Positions 1-10,811 of a stretch of 64,000 nucleotides of DNA are shown here, piece by piece (position 1 is the first letter of the stretch; each line of letters begins with the position of its first letter). The stretch lies in assembly GCA_000165345.1 (NCBI GenBank), contig CM000434.1, positions 1,024,001-1,088,000 on the forward strand, given 5' to 3'. A program made the translations under genes and the position numbers. The notes below the pieces were generated by a model that saw only the letters and a program-made list of their open reading frames with translations, ran no database searches and had not been told where the DNA came from.

Positions 1-695
1 AAAATGGCAGACTCCTCTAAGGATGGGAGAGGACTTCTATGCATGAATAGTCTCTTCATTATCATATCTTGAAAAAGTCCATGACTAATTAGAATATTAG
101 TATTTCCTTGATATTCGGTACCTTTTTTTTGCAAATCTTCGCAACTAATTTCCCATAATAATTCTGCAACTTTTTGTGCTCTCTCAGAGGCCTCTTTGAA
201 AGTTTCTTGAGGTTTTCCCCACCACCCTTTTTCTGTGATCCTATCATCTAATTGAAAATTTGGGAATTCTTCCATTATTTCACTCCTTTTTTTCCCGCCA
301 CAAACTTCTTTTGATTCTCTGGGACTATAGACATGTCTTCTGCCTTTAAAAACTCCTCCAACTTCACATAGATCTGGATTTACAAATACTGGAATACTAA
401 GAATTTTCTGGATCTCATTTGCAGTCTCTAATGACCTTTGCATTGGCGAACAATAAATTGCTTTGAATGTTGGACTAGCCAAATTCATTGACTTCTGGTC
501 TTCCCTTTCTTGTTTCCACACCTTAACACTTTCTGAAGCTAAATATAATCCAGTTTTTTCTGCCTGTATACGTCCTAACTCCGTTAATGTTGGATCTGGA
601 ACTCTTTCATCACTATACTTTTCTCCTAAATCTGTTGAATCATTGTTATTGGTTGCATTGTTTGCTGACTCTGCATGCCTAATAAAAAACCACAT
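1..695 (-). CDS. Histidine phosphatase superfamily (phosphoglycerate-mutase-like) protein, N-terminal part only. ATG at 695; the ORF runs off the window start.
   Basis: Minus strand translated by hand (absent from the ORF track because it leaves the window): MWFFIRHAESANNATNNNDSTDLGEKYSDERVPDPTLTELGRIQAEKTGLYLASES...NILISHGLFQDM... An RH[G/A]E catalytic motif follows directly after the start (here RHAE). LTELGRxQA matches the PGAM branch signature. The later ISHG region matches the second catalytic His. An in-frame TAG lies just upstream of the ATG. Confidence 0.55.
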   Translation of the reverse strand, partial: MWFFIRHAESANNATNNNDSTDLGEKYSDERVPDPTLTELGRIQAEKTGLYLASESVKVWKQEREDQKSMNLASPTFKAIYCSPMQRSLETANEIQKILSIPVFVNPDLCEVGGVFKGRRHVYSPRESKEVCGGKKRSEIMEEFPNFQLDDRITEKGWWGKPQETFKEASERAQKVAELLWEISCEDLQKKGTEYQGNTNILISHGLFQDMIMKRLFMHRSPLPSLEESAI

Positions 696-1213
696 TGATC
701 CTATTCTCTAGTCTTAATCAATATTTTAAATTTCTTGATCAAGAAGTTGGCGCCAAATATATGCATGCTTTATTCTTCAAATCTATTAATATTTTCTACA
801 TGTAAATCCTTTTCTAAGCCAAGTCTTTTTTTTGTAATAACTAATATTTTATACTCAAATATAAATTTCCACTCTAACGATATTTTTTGCCTTATTAACC
901 TCTCAAACCTAATCCATTATGTTTTAACAACCCTATCAACTTCATATCCTTCTAATCAAACTCTAGAAACATCAATATTCTATCTCCTAATATACCCAAT
1001 ACCCTCCTATCTAAAGTTATTCCTCTAACTCCAATCTTCCTTGCATGCAAGTTCTTTATTCACTTTCTTTTATTATCCTCGAATTTATGTCTACCACACT
1101 TTAATAGTTTTGGCGGGAAAGTCTACCAACATGTTAAAGGCTTTTTATTAATGGATAAAAGTAAATTTGATAAATAGAAAAGGCTGAATTACCTTTTTGA
1201 AAATTGGGAAAAG

Positions 1214-4200
1214 ATGGATCTCCAGTTAGAAAAAAAGGAAGTTCTAGAGAGCAGAAGTTTGGTTTGGGTAAAGCACCCAAAATTGGCTTGGGCTCCAGCC
1301 ACTATATTAAGAAGAGAGGAACAAGGTTTTGTGGCTAGAGTTGAGGATGGCTTAGAGGTAAAGATTACCAGTGAACATGCTGAGAAGCATTCTGTTCATA
1401 AATCTAGTTTATCTGGTATACCTAATCTTTTAGTTTTGGGAGATTATTGTGAGGGAGCTTTGTTACATAATGTAAGAACAAGGTATTACCAAGATAACAT
1501 ATATACTTGTATAGGAAATCTTATATTAATTAGTATCAATCCATATAAGGTAATCCCAGAGCTTTATGGTAGAAATCTGTTTAATTTATATAGAAATGGC
1601 TTAGAATCTGTGAACTCTATGAATTCTAGCCAAAAATCTGACGAGAATAAAAGTGACCAATACAGTGGACTACCTCCTCATATTTTTAAGATGGCTCAGA
1701 ATGCATATGACTCCTTATTTAAAGATAAGAAGAGTCAGAGCATTATAATTACTGGAGAAAGTGGAGCAGGGAAAACAGAAGCAACAAAGATCATTCTATG
1801 CTATTTAGCAAATATACAAAAATCTACATCCTCTTTTGATTTTACTGGTGGTCGTCCTAATTCTGCCTTAAGTCCCTCAATTTACTCATGTAATGCAAGT
1901 CCTATAAGTTTAGTTTCCCCAAAGACTGATGATTCTTCAATAGAGAATCTTGTGTTAAGAAGTAATCCTATCTTAGAAGCTTTTGGTAATGCAAAAACAA
2001 TAAGAAATGATAACTCATCTAGATTTGGAAAGTTCATAGAAATCTATTTTGATGCAACTGGGAAGTTAAGAGGAGCATCTATTTCGAACTACCTTTTAGA
2101 GAAATGTAGGCTTACAAACCAACAAGAAGGTGAAAGGAATTACCATATATTCTATTGTCTTGCAGCAGGAGTATCCAAAGGGATCTTCCCAGAATCAATT
2201 TCAGAAGAGCTTAATATTAAGTTTCAGGAAGATTTTGAGATCATTAGAGAGAACATTGAGATTCCAGGAAGAGATGATTGTTCTGAAATGAAGGAAGTTT
2301 TAGAGTGTTTAAAGTGTATTGGACTTTGTGAATCTGAAATTTTTGAGATCTTGAGAATATGTGCCGGTATACTACATCTTTGTAACTTTGATTTTATTCA
2401 AGAAAGTGCAAGTGATGCTCCGAAGGTACGAGATGACCAGATGGATTCTTTTAATTCAGCCTATAAATTACTTAAATTGGATCCAAATGAACTTTTGAAT
2501 GTATTTCAATGGAAGAAACTTAAAGATCCTGAGACAGGAAGAATTATAAGGATGCCAGTTTCATTAGAAGCAGCTTTTCAAACAAGAGACTCAATGGCAA
2601 AAGCAATATACTCGAAATTATTTGATTGGTTAGTTTTTAGAATTAATAAATCCATGACAAATGGATTGATGAATAATAATATTGGAGGAGGTACCGGACA
2701 AGATATTTTGTCTAAGAAGAATTTTTCAGGAAGATCAATAGGTCTTTTGGATATTTATGGTTTTGAAGTCTTTGATTGTAACTCTTTTGAACAATTTTGT
2801 ATTAACTTTAGTAACGAAAAGCTTCAACAACAGTTTAATCATCAGATGTTCCAAGAAGAACAACAAGTTTACGAAGGAGAAGGTATCGACTGGACAAGGA
2901 TTGATTTTATTGATAATAAGGTAATTATTGATTCTCTTGAAAAGAAGCCAAATGGTATTTTTCCACTATTAGATTCCGAATGTTTAATGCCTCAAGGATC
3001 AGATTCATCATTCTTAAATAAGATTTTAAAGTTGTCAGGAGATTCAAATAAGACTCATAATAGTAATCAGATAATTTATAAACCAAGTAAGATGTCAAAT
3101 AGCAGCTTTGCTGTTTCACATTATGCTGGTCCAGTAATTTACGATACCAGAGGATTTTTGGAGAAGAACAGAGATCAACTTCATTCAGATGTTACAGATC
3201 TTTTAAAGTTATCAGAATCATGTCTAATAATTGAATTATTTAATTCCAGACAATCAAATGAAAATTTAGCAAAAAGATCTTCAATTTCAAGATCCGGTAC
3301 CGGTATAAAATTGAGTGAAGATCAATCATCAAATGCAAATTCAAATACAATTAATCGACCAAAAGGAATTCTAGTAACAGTTAGTGGAGCTTTTAGAGAT
3401 CAGCTTAATGGACTGATTGAGACTTTGAATAGTACATCTCCAAGCTATATTAGGTGTATAAAGCCAAATAGTAGAAAGGCAGTGCATGAATTTGATAGCT
3501 TGGATGTATTACGTCAATTAAGATGTGCGGGTATGCTTGAGAGTATTAGGATTCGAAGATCTGGATACAGTGTAAGAAGAAAGTTTAAAGATTTTTATAA
3601 TAGATATAAGATCCTTTATCCCTCTTTTGAGTCTCACGACTTTACTGGAGCTAAGAATTACTCATTGATTTGTAGGAAGATCTTAGAGAAGTTTCAGAGT
3701 GATCTTCAGGAGGGTCTAAATGAGGAGGAAAGAAGAAAGTGGGATTATTCTTGGCAAATTGGAAAGACTCAAGTTTTTGTTAAAGATTCTTTACAAACTC
3801 ATCTAGAACATTCAGTATCTGAAGCTTGTCACAAATATTGTACAAGTATCTCAGCAACTTGGAGGATGTACAAAGCAAAGAAAGAGTATAAACAAATTAG
3901 AAAAGCTTCATTTAGTATCCAATCAAGATGGAGGTCATTCCAGATTAGGAAATCTTTCTTAGCAATTTTGGGATCTAGAATTCAAGCTGCAAGGGTTATT
4001 CAAAGGAGATATAGAGATCATTTGAAAATAAAGGAACAAATTAAACAGAAAGAAATCAGAAATATACCCGAATTGAATACGGTACCTAAAGATATTGATC
4101 ATGATCAAAAGGTACCGAAATTATTGGATAGAATTGAAAATCAAGATAATGATCAGAATTTATCGTCAAACTCAGTTCCAACAAATGTTTCAAGACTTTG

Positions 4201-5656
4201 GGAGATTTTGGATTCTTTACAGACAAATAGTGACAAAACTAGACAAGATCTAGAACAAAATAAGGAGGTAGTAGAGAGAAAGGATGAAGAGATTGCAAAT
4301 TCAAAGATAGAAATAGGATCACTCAAAGATAGAATAACTTTATATGAGGGCCAAATTAGCTCTTTAGAGTCAAAGATTAAGTTAATGGAATCTGAGCATA
4401 AAAGAATCATCAGTGATTTAGAATATAAGATGGAGATTTCAAAGATTTCTATGGAGACTGAGACTAGTAGGATTTCAGAATCCTATGAATCACAGAAATC
4501 TGATCTCAATAACAAGATCTTGGTTTTAGAGCAGAAAATAGAGGTTGAGAAGAACAGAGTATTGTATTTGGAAAGACTCTTAGAGCAATCTGATAAGGAT
4601 TTGTCAGCTCTTAGAAAGCAGTTTTCTGCAGAAATTGAGGATAGACAACATGAGAGAGAATATTGTATGAAAGAGACAGAAAGGTACCGTGAAACACAGG
4701 TAAAACTTCAAAGTCAGCTTTCCATTCTAGAGCAGTCCAGATTAGCCTCTTTGAAGAATGTAGAAGATCTGAATAAGTATAAAACAAGAACTCAAGAGCT
4801 TGAGAAGGAGAATTCTGCTCTAAGACAGGAACTTAGTGAAAAGAATGAACGAATTTCCCAGCTAGAGGCAGCAAATCAACAACTAAAGTCCTCAAAACAG
4901 TTGGGATCGCAAAAACTCGACCATAGTTACTCAACCATAATGAGTAGATCTGATATTTCTACATGTGAAGATGTTATTTCTCTAAGCGGAAGCGGAACTC
5001 CAAACTACTACCATATTCACCCTTCACAAAAGTCTTCAGCAAATTCTTTAAGGTTAGCAGAATTAGAAAACCAATACTCTGAACTTGTCGATATCAATAA
5101 CCAATTAAGAGAAAATGTTGATATCTTAGAGGACGATAAAGCAACCTTGCAAAAAAGGATTCTTGAACTTTTTGTTGAAAGAAGAGCATTAATGGACGAA
5201 AATAAGTCTTTAAATGTTAGAGTTCGTCAGAAATCTACACAAGTTGATGCCCTTAAATCTACTCTAACAGAACTCAGGAATACCGCTGAAAACAGTCTAA
5301 ATGAGATCAGAAGTGAATGGGAAAGTTGTGTTCAAAGACTAGAAGCTACTCAATATGCTTTAATGGAATCCAGCAAAGAATTGGAAGTAGTTCGATCAGA
5401 AAGAGACGAGCTTCTAGCTTGTCTAGATGATGTACAACACTTCACTGAAGCTACGATGAAAAGAAGACAAAGATCTCTAACTTCTTGCATCACCGCCAAT
5501 GATCCTGATCATATAACCGCTGAATCTTCTGAAATTCCAAGCTATATTCCTTACGATAACAATATAGACTCCTCGAACAATCTTAATATCATGAATACTC
5601 ACTCTCCTATGGTTAATTCTTATAGAAGAAAACATAATAAAGGTACAGAGAATTAA
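1214..5656 (+). CDS. Myosin heavy chain (unconventional myosin: motor domain, IQ motifs, long coiled-coil tail)
   Basis: Motor motifs: N-terminal YTCIGNLILISINPYK, P-loop GESGAGKTEATK, switch I NDNSSRFGKFIEI, switch II LLDIYGFE. IQ-like motifs (IRKASFSIQSRWRSFQIRK, IQAARVIQRRYRDHLK) are followed by about 450 aa of heptad-like E/K/L-rich coiled coil. Start is a true ATG in the aaagATGg context. Confidence 0.92.
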   Translation: MDLQLEKKEVLESRSLVWVKHPKLAWAPATILRREEQGFVARVEDGLEVKITSEHAEKHSVHKSSLSGIPNLLVLGDYCEGALLHNVRTRYYQDNIYTCIGNLILISINPYKVIPELYGRNLFNLYRNGLESVNSMNSSQKSDENKSDQYSGLPPHIFKMAQNAYDSLFKDKKSQSIIITGESGAGKTEATKIILCYLANIQKSTSSFDFTGGRPNSALSPSIYSCNASPISLVSPKTDDSSIENLVLRSNPILEAFGNAKTIRNDNSSRFGKFIEIYFDATGKLRGASISNYLLEKCRLTNQQEGERNYHIFYCLAAGVSKGIFPESISEELNIKFQEDFEIIRENIEIPGRDDCSEMKEVLECLKCIGLCESEIFEILRICAGILHLCNFDFIQESASDAPKVRDDQMDSFNSAYKLLKLDPNELLNVFQWKKLKDPETGRIIRMPVSLEAAFQTRDSMAKAIYSKLFDWLVFRINKSMTNGLMNNNIGGGTGQDILSKKNFSGRSIGLLDIYGFEVFDCNSFEQFCINFSNEKLQQQFNHQMFQEEQQVYEGEGIDWTRIDFIDNKVIIDSLEKKPNGIFPLLDSECLMPQGSDSSFLNKILKLSGDSNKTHNSNQIIYKPSKMSNSSFAVSHYAGPVIYDTRGFLEKNRDQLHSDVTDLLKLSESCLIIELFNSRQSNENLAKRSSISRSGTGIKLSEDQSSNANSNTINRPKGILVTVSGAFRDQLNGLIETLNSTSPSYIRCIKPNSRKAVHEFDSLDVLRQLRCAGMLESIRIRRSGYSVRRKFKDFYNRYKILYPSFESHDFTGAKNYSLICRKILEKFQSDLQEGLNEEERRKWDYSWQIGKTQVFVKDSLQTHLEHSVSEACHKYCTSISATWRMYKAKKEYKQIRKASFSIQSRWRSFQIRKSFLAILGSRIQAARVIQRRYRDHLKIKEQIKQKEIRNIPELNTVPKDIDHDQKVPKLLDRIENQDNDQNLSSNSVPTNVSRLWEILDSLQTNSDKTRQDLEQNKEVVERKDEEIANSKIEIGSLKDRITLYEGQISSLESKIKLMESEHKRIISDLEYKMEISKISMETETSRISESYESQKSDLNNKILVLEQKIEVEKNRVLYLERLLEQSDKDLSALRKQFSAEIEDRQHEREYCMKETERYRETQVKLQSQLSILEQSRLASLKNVEDLNKYKTRTQELEKENSALRQELSEKNERISQLEAANQQLKSSKQLGSQKLDHSYSTIMSRSDISTCEDVISLSGSGTPNYYHIHPSQKSSANSLRLAELENQYSELVDINNQLRENVDILEDDKATLQKRILELFVERRALMDENKSLNVRVRQKSTQVDALKSTLTELRNTAENSLNEIRSEWESCVQRLEATQYALMESSKELEVVRSERDELLACLDDVQHFTEATMKRRQRSLTSCITANDPDHITAESSEIPSYIPYDNNIDSSNNLNIMNTHSPMVNSYRRKHNKGTEN

Positions 5657-6423
5657 TGCTTTTTTTTTTCTTTATAATCTTTCAAGTTACCTATATGCAT
5701 GCATGCAAATTCCTAGACGAGACGAGACGAACGTGTGAAAATATATCCATGCTTTAAAATTGAAAATTTAACTTTCAGATTTGATAGCTCTTGGAGCTGT
5801 AATATTGAAATGGTGATGACAATATTAATTTTAGAAAATAAATAAGTTTTTTTGATACTTTGTTAGTGAATAAATTAGTAGGAACATTTAGCTTTGATAC
5901 CTTAATCTATTTATATATGTTTTTGAATACGCGCCTTGTTTGAATCTGTCTCATATATTCCTTTTAATTTAAGAAGAAATTAATCAAAAAAAAAAAGGAG
6001 AGGAAGAAAGAAAGAAAACTAATCCTAAATATGTTCAAAAAACAAAAGGGAAATGAATATCTAGTAAACTCAATATTAAAATTACTCCACAAAAATCCAT
6101 TCGCATCCCATTGTTTGCAGTCTCACTCTACTTCCATGCAAGTATTTTTTATGGGCCCGCCATTTTAATCCACCCAATCCCCACACTTAGATAATCTAAA
6201 AAGGGTTTCTCTTTTTGGCGGCAAACCCGCACCCCCCCATAATAATTTCTTTATATCCCACAAAAATTAATTAAATTGGTTAAAAGCTGAAAGAGGGATA
6301 GAGGAGAGGAGGGCGGTAAAAGGGGAAAAAGAATTAAAGAGGAGAAAAAGAAATAATGCAAAGAAAGGTTTGAATCCCAAAGAAAAGAGTGAAAGGAAGA
6401 AATCAAAGGGGAAATAAGGAAAA

Positions 6424-7722
6424 ATGGCAGTAAAGCCACAGATTAAAACAGAAAAAGATGGAGGAAAAGAAGAGGAAGACCAGTCTCGTCCTCTTGATCA
6501 AGTTGATATAGATATAATGAGAAAGTATGGAATGGGGCCATATGTGTCAAAGATTAAACAGGTGGAAACCGAGGTCAAAGATTTAATGTCAGCTATTTCA
6601 AAGCTGAATAGTATAAGAGAGTCAGATACAGGTTTGGCTCCTCCATCTCAATGGGATCTGGCAGCTGATAGACAAAATATGCAAATGGAACAGCCCTTAC
6701 AGGTCGCAAGATGCACAAAAATTATAGATGCTGGTACAGAGGAAGCAAAATATATGATCAACATTAAACAAATGGCCAAGTATGTAGTTGGACTAGGAGA
6801 TAAAGTTGCTCCAACTGATATAGAAGAAGGAATGAGAGTAGGTGTTGATCGTACCAAGTATAAGATTCAGATACCTTTACCACCAAAAATAGACCCCTCA
6901 GTTGCAATGATGACTGTAGAAGATAAACCTGATGTTACTTATAATGACATTGGAGGAGCAAAAGAGCAGTTGGAACGTCTAAGAGAAGTTGTGGAAATGC
7001 CTTTATTACATCCTGAGAGATTCGTACAATTAGGTATTGACCCGCCAAAAGGAGTATTATTGTATGGCCCTCCTGGTACTGGAAAGACTCTAACAGCAAG
7101 AGCCGTAGCAAATAGAACAGATGCATGTTTCATATGTGTTATTGGCTCCGAGTTGGTACAGAAATATGTTGGAGAAGGAGCAAGAATGGTTAGAGAACTT
7201 TTTAAATTAGCTAGAAGTAAGAAAGCATGTATATTGTTTATAGATGAAGTAGATGCAATAGGAGGAGCAAGAGGTGATGAAAGTGCTCATGGAGATCATG
7301 AGGTTCAAAGAACTATGCTTGAAATTGTGAATCAACTCGATGGATTTGATGCAAGAGGTAATATCAAGGTCCTTATGGCAACTAACAGGCCAGATACTTT
7401 GGATCCTGCTCTTCTTAGACCAGGAAGATTAGATAGAAAAGTTGAGTTCGGACTTCCAGATTTGGAAGGAAGAACCCAGATTTTTAGAATCCACGCTAAA
7501 GTAATGAGTATGGAAAGAGATATCAGATTTGAGCTCCTTTCTAGACTTTGTCCAAACTGTACAGGTGCCGATATAAGATCAGTCTGTACTGAAGCTGGAA
7601 TGTTTGCAATTAGAGCAAGAAGGAAAAGTATCAGTGAAAAAGATCTTTTGGATGCCATTAACAAAGTTGTTAAAGGTTACAAGAAGTTCTCTGCAACAGC
7701 AAAGTATATGGTTTACAATTAA
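6424..7722 (+). CDS. RPT1: 26S proteasome regulatory subunit 7 (Rpt1/PSMC2), AAA+ ATPase
   Basis: Near-collinear with my recollection of human PSMC2 ([58 protein letters not shown]). Walker [17 protein letters not shown], Walker [13 protein letters not shown], second region of homology [27 protein letters not shown]. 432 aa, essentially the same length as human PSMC2. Confidence 0.93.
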   Translation: MAVKPQIKTEKDGGKEEEDQSRPLDQVDIDIMRKYGMGPYVSKIKQVETEVKDLMSAISKLNSIRESDTGLAPPSQWDLAADRQNMQMEQPLQVARCTKIIDAGTEEAKYMINIKQMAKYVVGLGDKVAPTDIEEGMRVGVDRTKYKIQIPLPPKIDPSVAMMTVEDKPDVTYNDIGGAKEQLERLREVVEMPLLHPERFVQLGIDPPKGVLLYGPPGTGKTLTARAVANRTDACFICVIGSELVQKYVGEGARMVRELFKLARSKKACILFIDEVDAIGGARGDESAHGDHEVQRTMLEIVNQLDGFDARGNIKVLMATNRPDTLDPALLRPGRLDRKVEFGLPDLEGRTQIFRIHAKVMSMERDIRFELLSRLCPNCTGADIRSVCTEAGMFAIRARRKSISEKDLLDAINKVVKGYKKFSATAKYMVYN

Positions 7723-7811
7723 AAATTACAAGGATGATGCAAGTAAATATCAAAAGAAGAAAATAGCAATAATAATAATAAAACTTAAGTTAAATATAAG
7801 AATATACCATT

Positions 7812-8519
7812 CTAGTAGTCATTCATTGCATTGTATCCATAATACTCGTTTTTAAGATTTTGATACTCATACCAAGTATCCTCCTCAAAATCTTTTTCAG
7901 CTCTTAACTTTCTATATCTTTGAGCATATGCAATAAAAGCTACCAACAATAGAAATATACCTCCCAAAGCTATAGCAAATGAGACGCTTGGCTGTGGAAC
8001 TGGATAATATCCAACACTATTGATTATTCCAAATGCTTCGTTCATCAAGAATGCATATAGACATAATGTTAGTGAACATATCAAAAAAGCAGCGAAACTG
8101 AAGGCTGTGGATAATCTCAAGCTTGAAATGTTACTCCTTAAGGAGCAAATCATTGCTCCTGTTAACATTCCGCATGTTATTGCCAAAACTATAGCTGTAG
8201 CATATGAGATATTCTTTACGATTCTATATGCATCACACTTGTGCGAGTACCAAATACATAATGGGGATGAGCAAGTCAAACCAAGTGCAAGCTTTCCTGC
8301 TGTTATACATGCAATTTCCCAAACCTCATTGTGTGACTGTGTCCTTCTGCCTATTACTGTTAAGAGCCCCCAATAACGTGGGTAGGGATAAAACCCCTTC
8401 CCTGCTGCATTATATAGCCAAGAAGATAGAAATATACTCATCATTAAAAGTACCATAGATCCAACACTAGCTGATAGTGCTGCTATATTTAAATCGAACT
8501 TTCCCTTTTTTTTTGCCAT
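7812..8519 (-). CDS. Hypothetical four-pass (tetraspan) membrane protein
   Basis: 235-aa ORF with a true ATG. Four hydrophobic segments of about 20 aa each (SMVLLMMSIFLSSWL, YATAIVLAITCGMLTGAMI, FSFAAFLICSLTLCLYAFL, FAIALGGIFLLLVAFIAYA). Basic and acidic C-terminal tail. An E2F-like GGCGGG motif lies 60 bp upstream, at 8584 on the plus strand. Confidence 0.5.
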   Translation of the reverse strand: MAKKKGKFDLNIAALSASVGSMVLLMMSIFLSSWLYNAAGKGFYPYPRYWGLLTVIGRRTQSHNEVWEIACITAGKLALGLTCSSPLCIWYSHKCDAYRIVKNISYATAIVLAITCGMLTGAMICSLRSNISSLRLSTAFSFAAFLICSLTLCLYAFLMNEAFGIINSVGYYPVPQPSVSFAIALGGIFLLLVAFIAYAQRYRKLRAEKDFEEDTWYEYQNLKNEYYGYNAMNDY

Positions 8520-9140
8520 CTCGAATTACACTCTTCTATTCTTCATTTTAACTTAGAAAATGCATGAGTTAATCAACTGGTGTTTGGCGGGCTTTTCCCA
8601 AGAAAAGTAATATTGGCACACGGAAATAAATTAAATAATAATAATTTTTGTGTGGCCAAAGTAAAAGTTAAAAATGAATGTGTGAAATATCTATTTAGTA
8701 AAATAAAAGGATTTGGTTTTACATTAGTTTTGGTTTTTTTAGTATTTATTATGTACGGTAGCATTGGTAGTGTATTGTACAATCAATAATTATATATTAA
8801 TAGTAAATACCAAATTCCAGAAATGAGTTGATTTTACTCTGTTAAGTTTTCTGAGAGGCTTTTATTGAATAAATTTACTTCATTTAGTTTATTAAAGATT
8901 CTGAAGAAATATAACTTAGGGTCTTATATTTCGAATAATTTTAAATATTAGATGTTCTGAATGAGAATTTAAATATTAGTAGTGAAATAAAATAGTTTCT
9001 GAGTATGTCCAAAGCATTATTATATTGGATTTACTTGATTTTTGGGAAAAAATCAAATAATATTGAATAATTGGTGATCTTAAAATGCTCTCTATAAGAA
9101 GTACCAATAAAAAGAAATAGGAAATAAATGGAGTTAACAA

Positions 9141-10811
9141 TTAACCATCAAGAATTTTGAGGAAAAGCCCACGTAAAAATGACTCAGCTTCAGTGTCAAG
9201 AATTTGAATCAAAATATTAATGGTTTCTTGAATCAAATTTTTTGAAGAGAATTTTTCAATGATAAAATTGGTAATAGTATTCAAAGCATTTGGATCAGAT
9301 TCACCAATAATACGTTTCATTTCCAATTCAACATATTCTTTATAATTCTCAAATTGGACTGATTTTAATATATTTTTCCAATTTTCTGCAGAAAATACCT
9401 CTTCTTTGCTATTAACTAAATGATTAATATCTTTCATCAGATTAAGAGAAGAACTAGAAGACGAGTTGTTATTACTTCCATCAATATTATTAATATTTTC
9501 AAGACTTTCAATAGGATTTTCAAATTGATGTTTCTGAAATTTGGGTAAATTAATAGAAATCTTTTCCATATTAGTATTATTGAAAACACTGTTGTTTTGA
9601 GTTCCAGTATTTAGAGTATTATTTGCTTCTTTTTTAATGGATTTATTAGGACTAAGAATGTTTTCAAAGTATTTGTGAGGTTTATTGGGGCTAAATGAAA
9701 TAGATTCAGCCCTGGACTTTGAGTTAGCATCACTTTCATGATCATAAATTTCTGAATCAATATTATAATCAGAATGAGAATAATCCAGTTGCTTTGACTG
9801 AATCAATTCTTTATCAGATTGAATAATCTCAGAAATCATATCAAAAGTTTTCTTATTGGAGGATGATATGAACTTAAAATTATGATAAGATTCTTGCAAG
9901 ATATCAAGCAAATATCTAAATGTTAAATCATTAGAAATGTCCATCTTTTCTGGAAATAACTTAACAAGTTCATATAGTTCATCATCTAATTCTTGTAGCT
10001 TTTTCTCAAACTTTTTATTTTTTTCCTCAAATCTTTTCATTCTTAATTTCTCCTTTGGGTTTTGTGGGAACCCAATTAGTACTCCACTCTTGTGCATTTG
10101 TGAACTTATCCCTGAGTCATCTAAATTTGAATATGAAATTCTCTTGTTATTTCTTTCTTGATCATCATTGTTTGAACTTTTATTATCGCCATGCTCTGTA
10201 GATGTTTGTTCTTGTTCTGAATCCAATTCAAATGTCATCCCTGCCAATAAACGCTGAATTGATATTCTCAGTTTTGAATCTGAAGTTGAAAGTTCATTAA
10301 GTATCGTTTCAATTGTACAATCTCCCCCTCTATGCTTCAGTAACTCATTAATTCGATTACTTTGCCATTTTGCTATTTCTTTATCAATTCCATGCTGGTA
10401 CTTTACTAACAACTGTCCACCTGAAATCTTTATTCCATTCAAAGCACTAACTGCATTTATAACACCTTCTGGAGAATCAAACTCACATAAACCAAAAGAT
10501 GAAAGCTTCTTTGTTGTTGGATCCTCCTGACGGCTCCATCTCAAAATCGTACCGCATTCACTTAGTAACTTTCGAATGTGTGTATTTGTGACTTGAGCTG
10601 GAATCTTCCCAACATATACCGTTGTCATTCCTGGTGTTGCATTTGAGTCAATTCCAATTTCCTTTGACTTTGAATTAATATTTGACCATTTTGAATTCTG
10701 AAAAGCTATTGATTGACTCTTTATTACCCCCCTTCCTTGGTTTGATAACCCCAATCCATGATAACGAGTTTTTGTCGTTTCATCCTTCTTACTTGGATTC
10801 TGATTTGACAT
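9141..10811 (-). CDS. RRM plus PWI domain RNA-binding protein (RBM25/Snu71-like splicing factor)
   Basis: N-terminal RRM (TVYVGKIPAQVTNTHIRKLLSECGTI...FGLCEFDSPEGVINAVSALNG). C-terminal PWI-like helical bundle (NWKNILKSVQFENYKEYVELEMKRIIGESDPNALNTITNFI...EAESFLRGLFLKIL). Acidic and low-complexity middle region. I could not reproduce the track start coordinate exactly (off by one near 10800); the coordinates given are the track's. Confidence 0.6.
   Translation of the reverse strand: MSNQNPSKKDETTKTRYHGLGLSNQGRGVIKSQSIAFQNSKWSNINSKSKEIGIDSNATPGMTTVYVGKIPAQVTNTHIRKLLSECGTILRWSRQEDPTTKKLSSFGLCEFDSPEGVINAVSALNGIKISGGQLLVKYQHGIDKEIAKWQSNRINELLKHRGGDCTIETILNELSTSDSKLRISIQRLLAGMTFELDSEQEQTSTEHGDNKSSNNDDQERNNKRISYSNLDDSGISSQMHKSGVLIGFPQNPKEKLRMKRFEEKNKKFEKKLQELDDELYELVKLFPEKMDISNDLTFRYLLDILQESYHNFKFISSSNKKTFDMISEIIQSDKELIQSKQLDYSHSDYNIDSEIYDHESDANSKSRAESISFSPNKPHKYFENILSPNKSIKKEANNTLNTGTQNNSVFNNTNMEKISINLPKFQKHQFENPIESLENINNIDGSNNNSSSSSSLNLMKDINHLVNSKEEVFSAENWKNILKSVQFENYKEYVELEMKRIIGESDPNALNTITNFIIEKFSSKNLIQETINILIQILDTEAESFLRGLFLKILDG

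Noticed and set aside
735-1028. 97-aa plus-strand ORF between the phosphatase gene and the myosin start
   Set aside because: F/L/I/N-rich translation of AT-rich promoter DNA with no motifs. It lies in the 5' region of the myosin gene.
7812-8519. Possible claudin/PMP22-like signature (W...GLL...C...C) in the first loop of the tetraspan protein
   Set aside because: Only a loose YWGLL...C...C resemblance, without the GLW-x2-C-x8-10-C spacing. Not enough to call the family.
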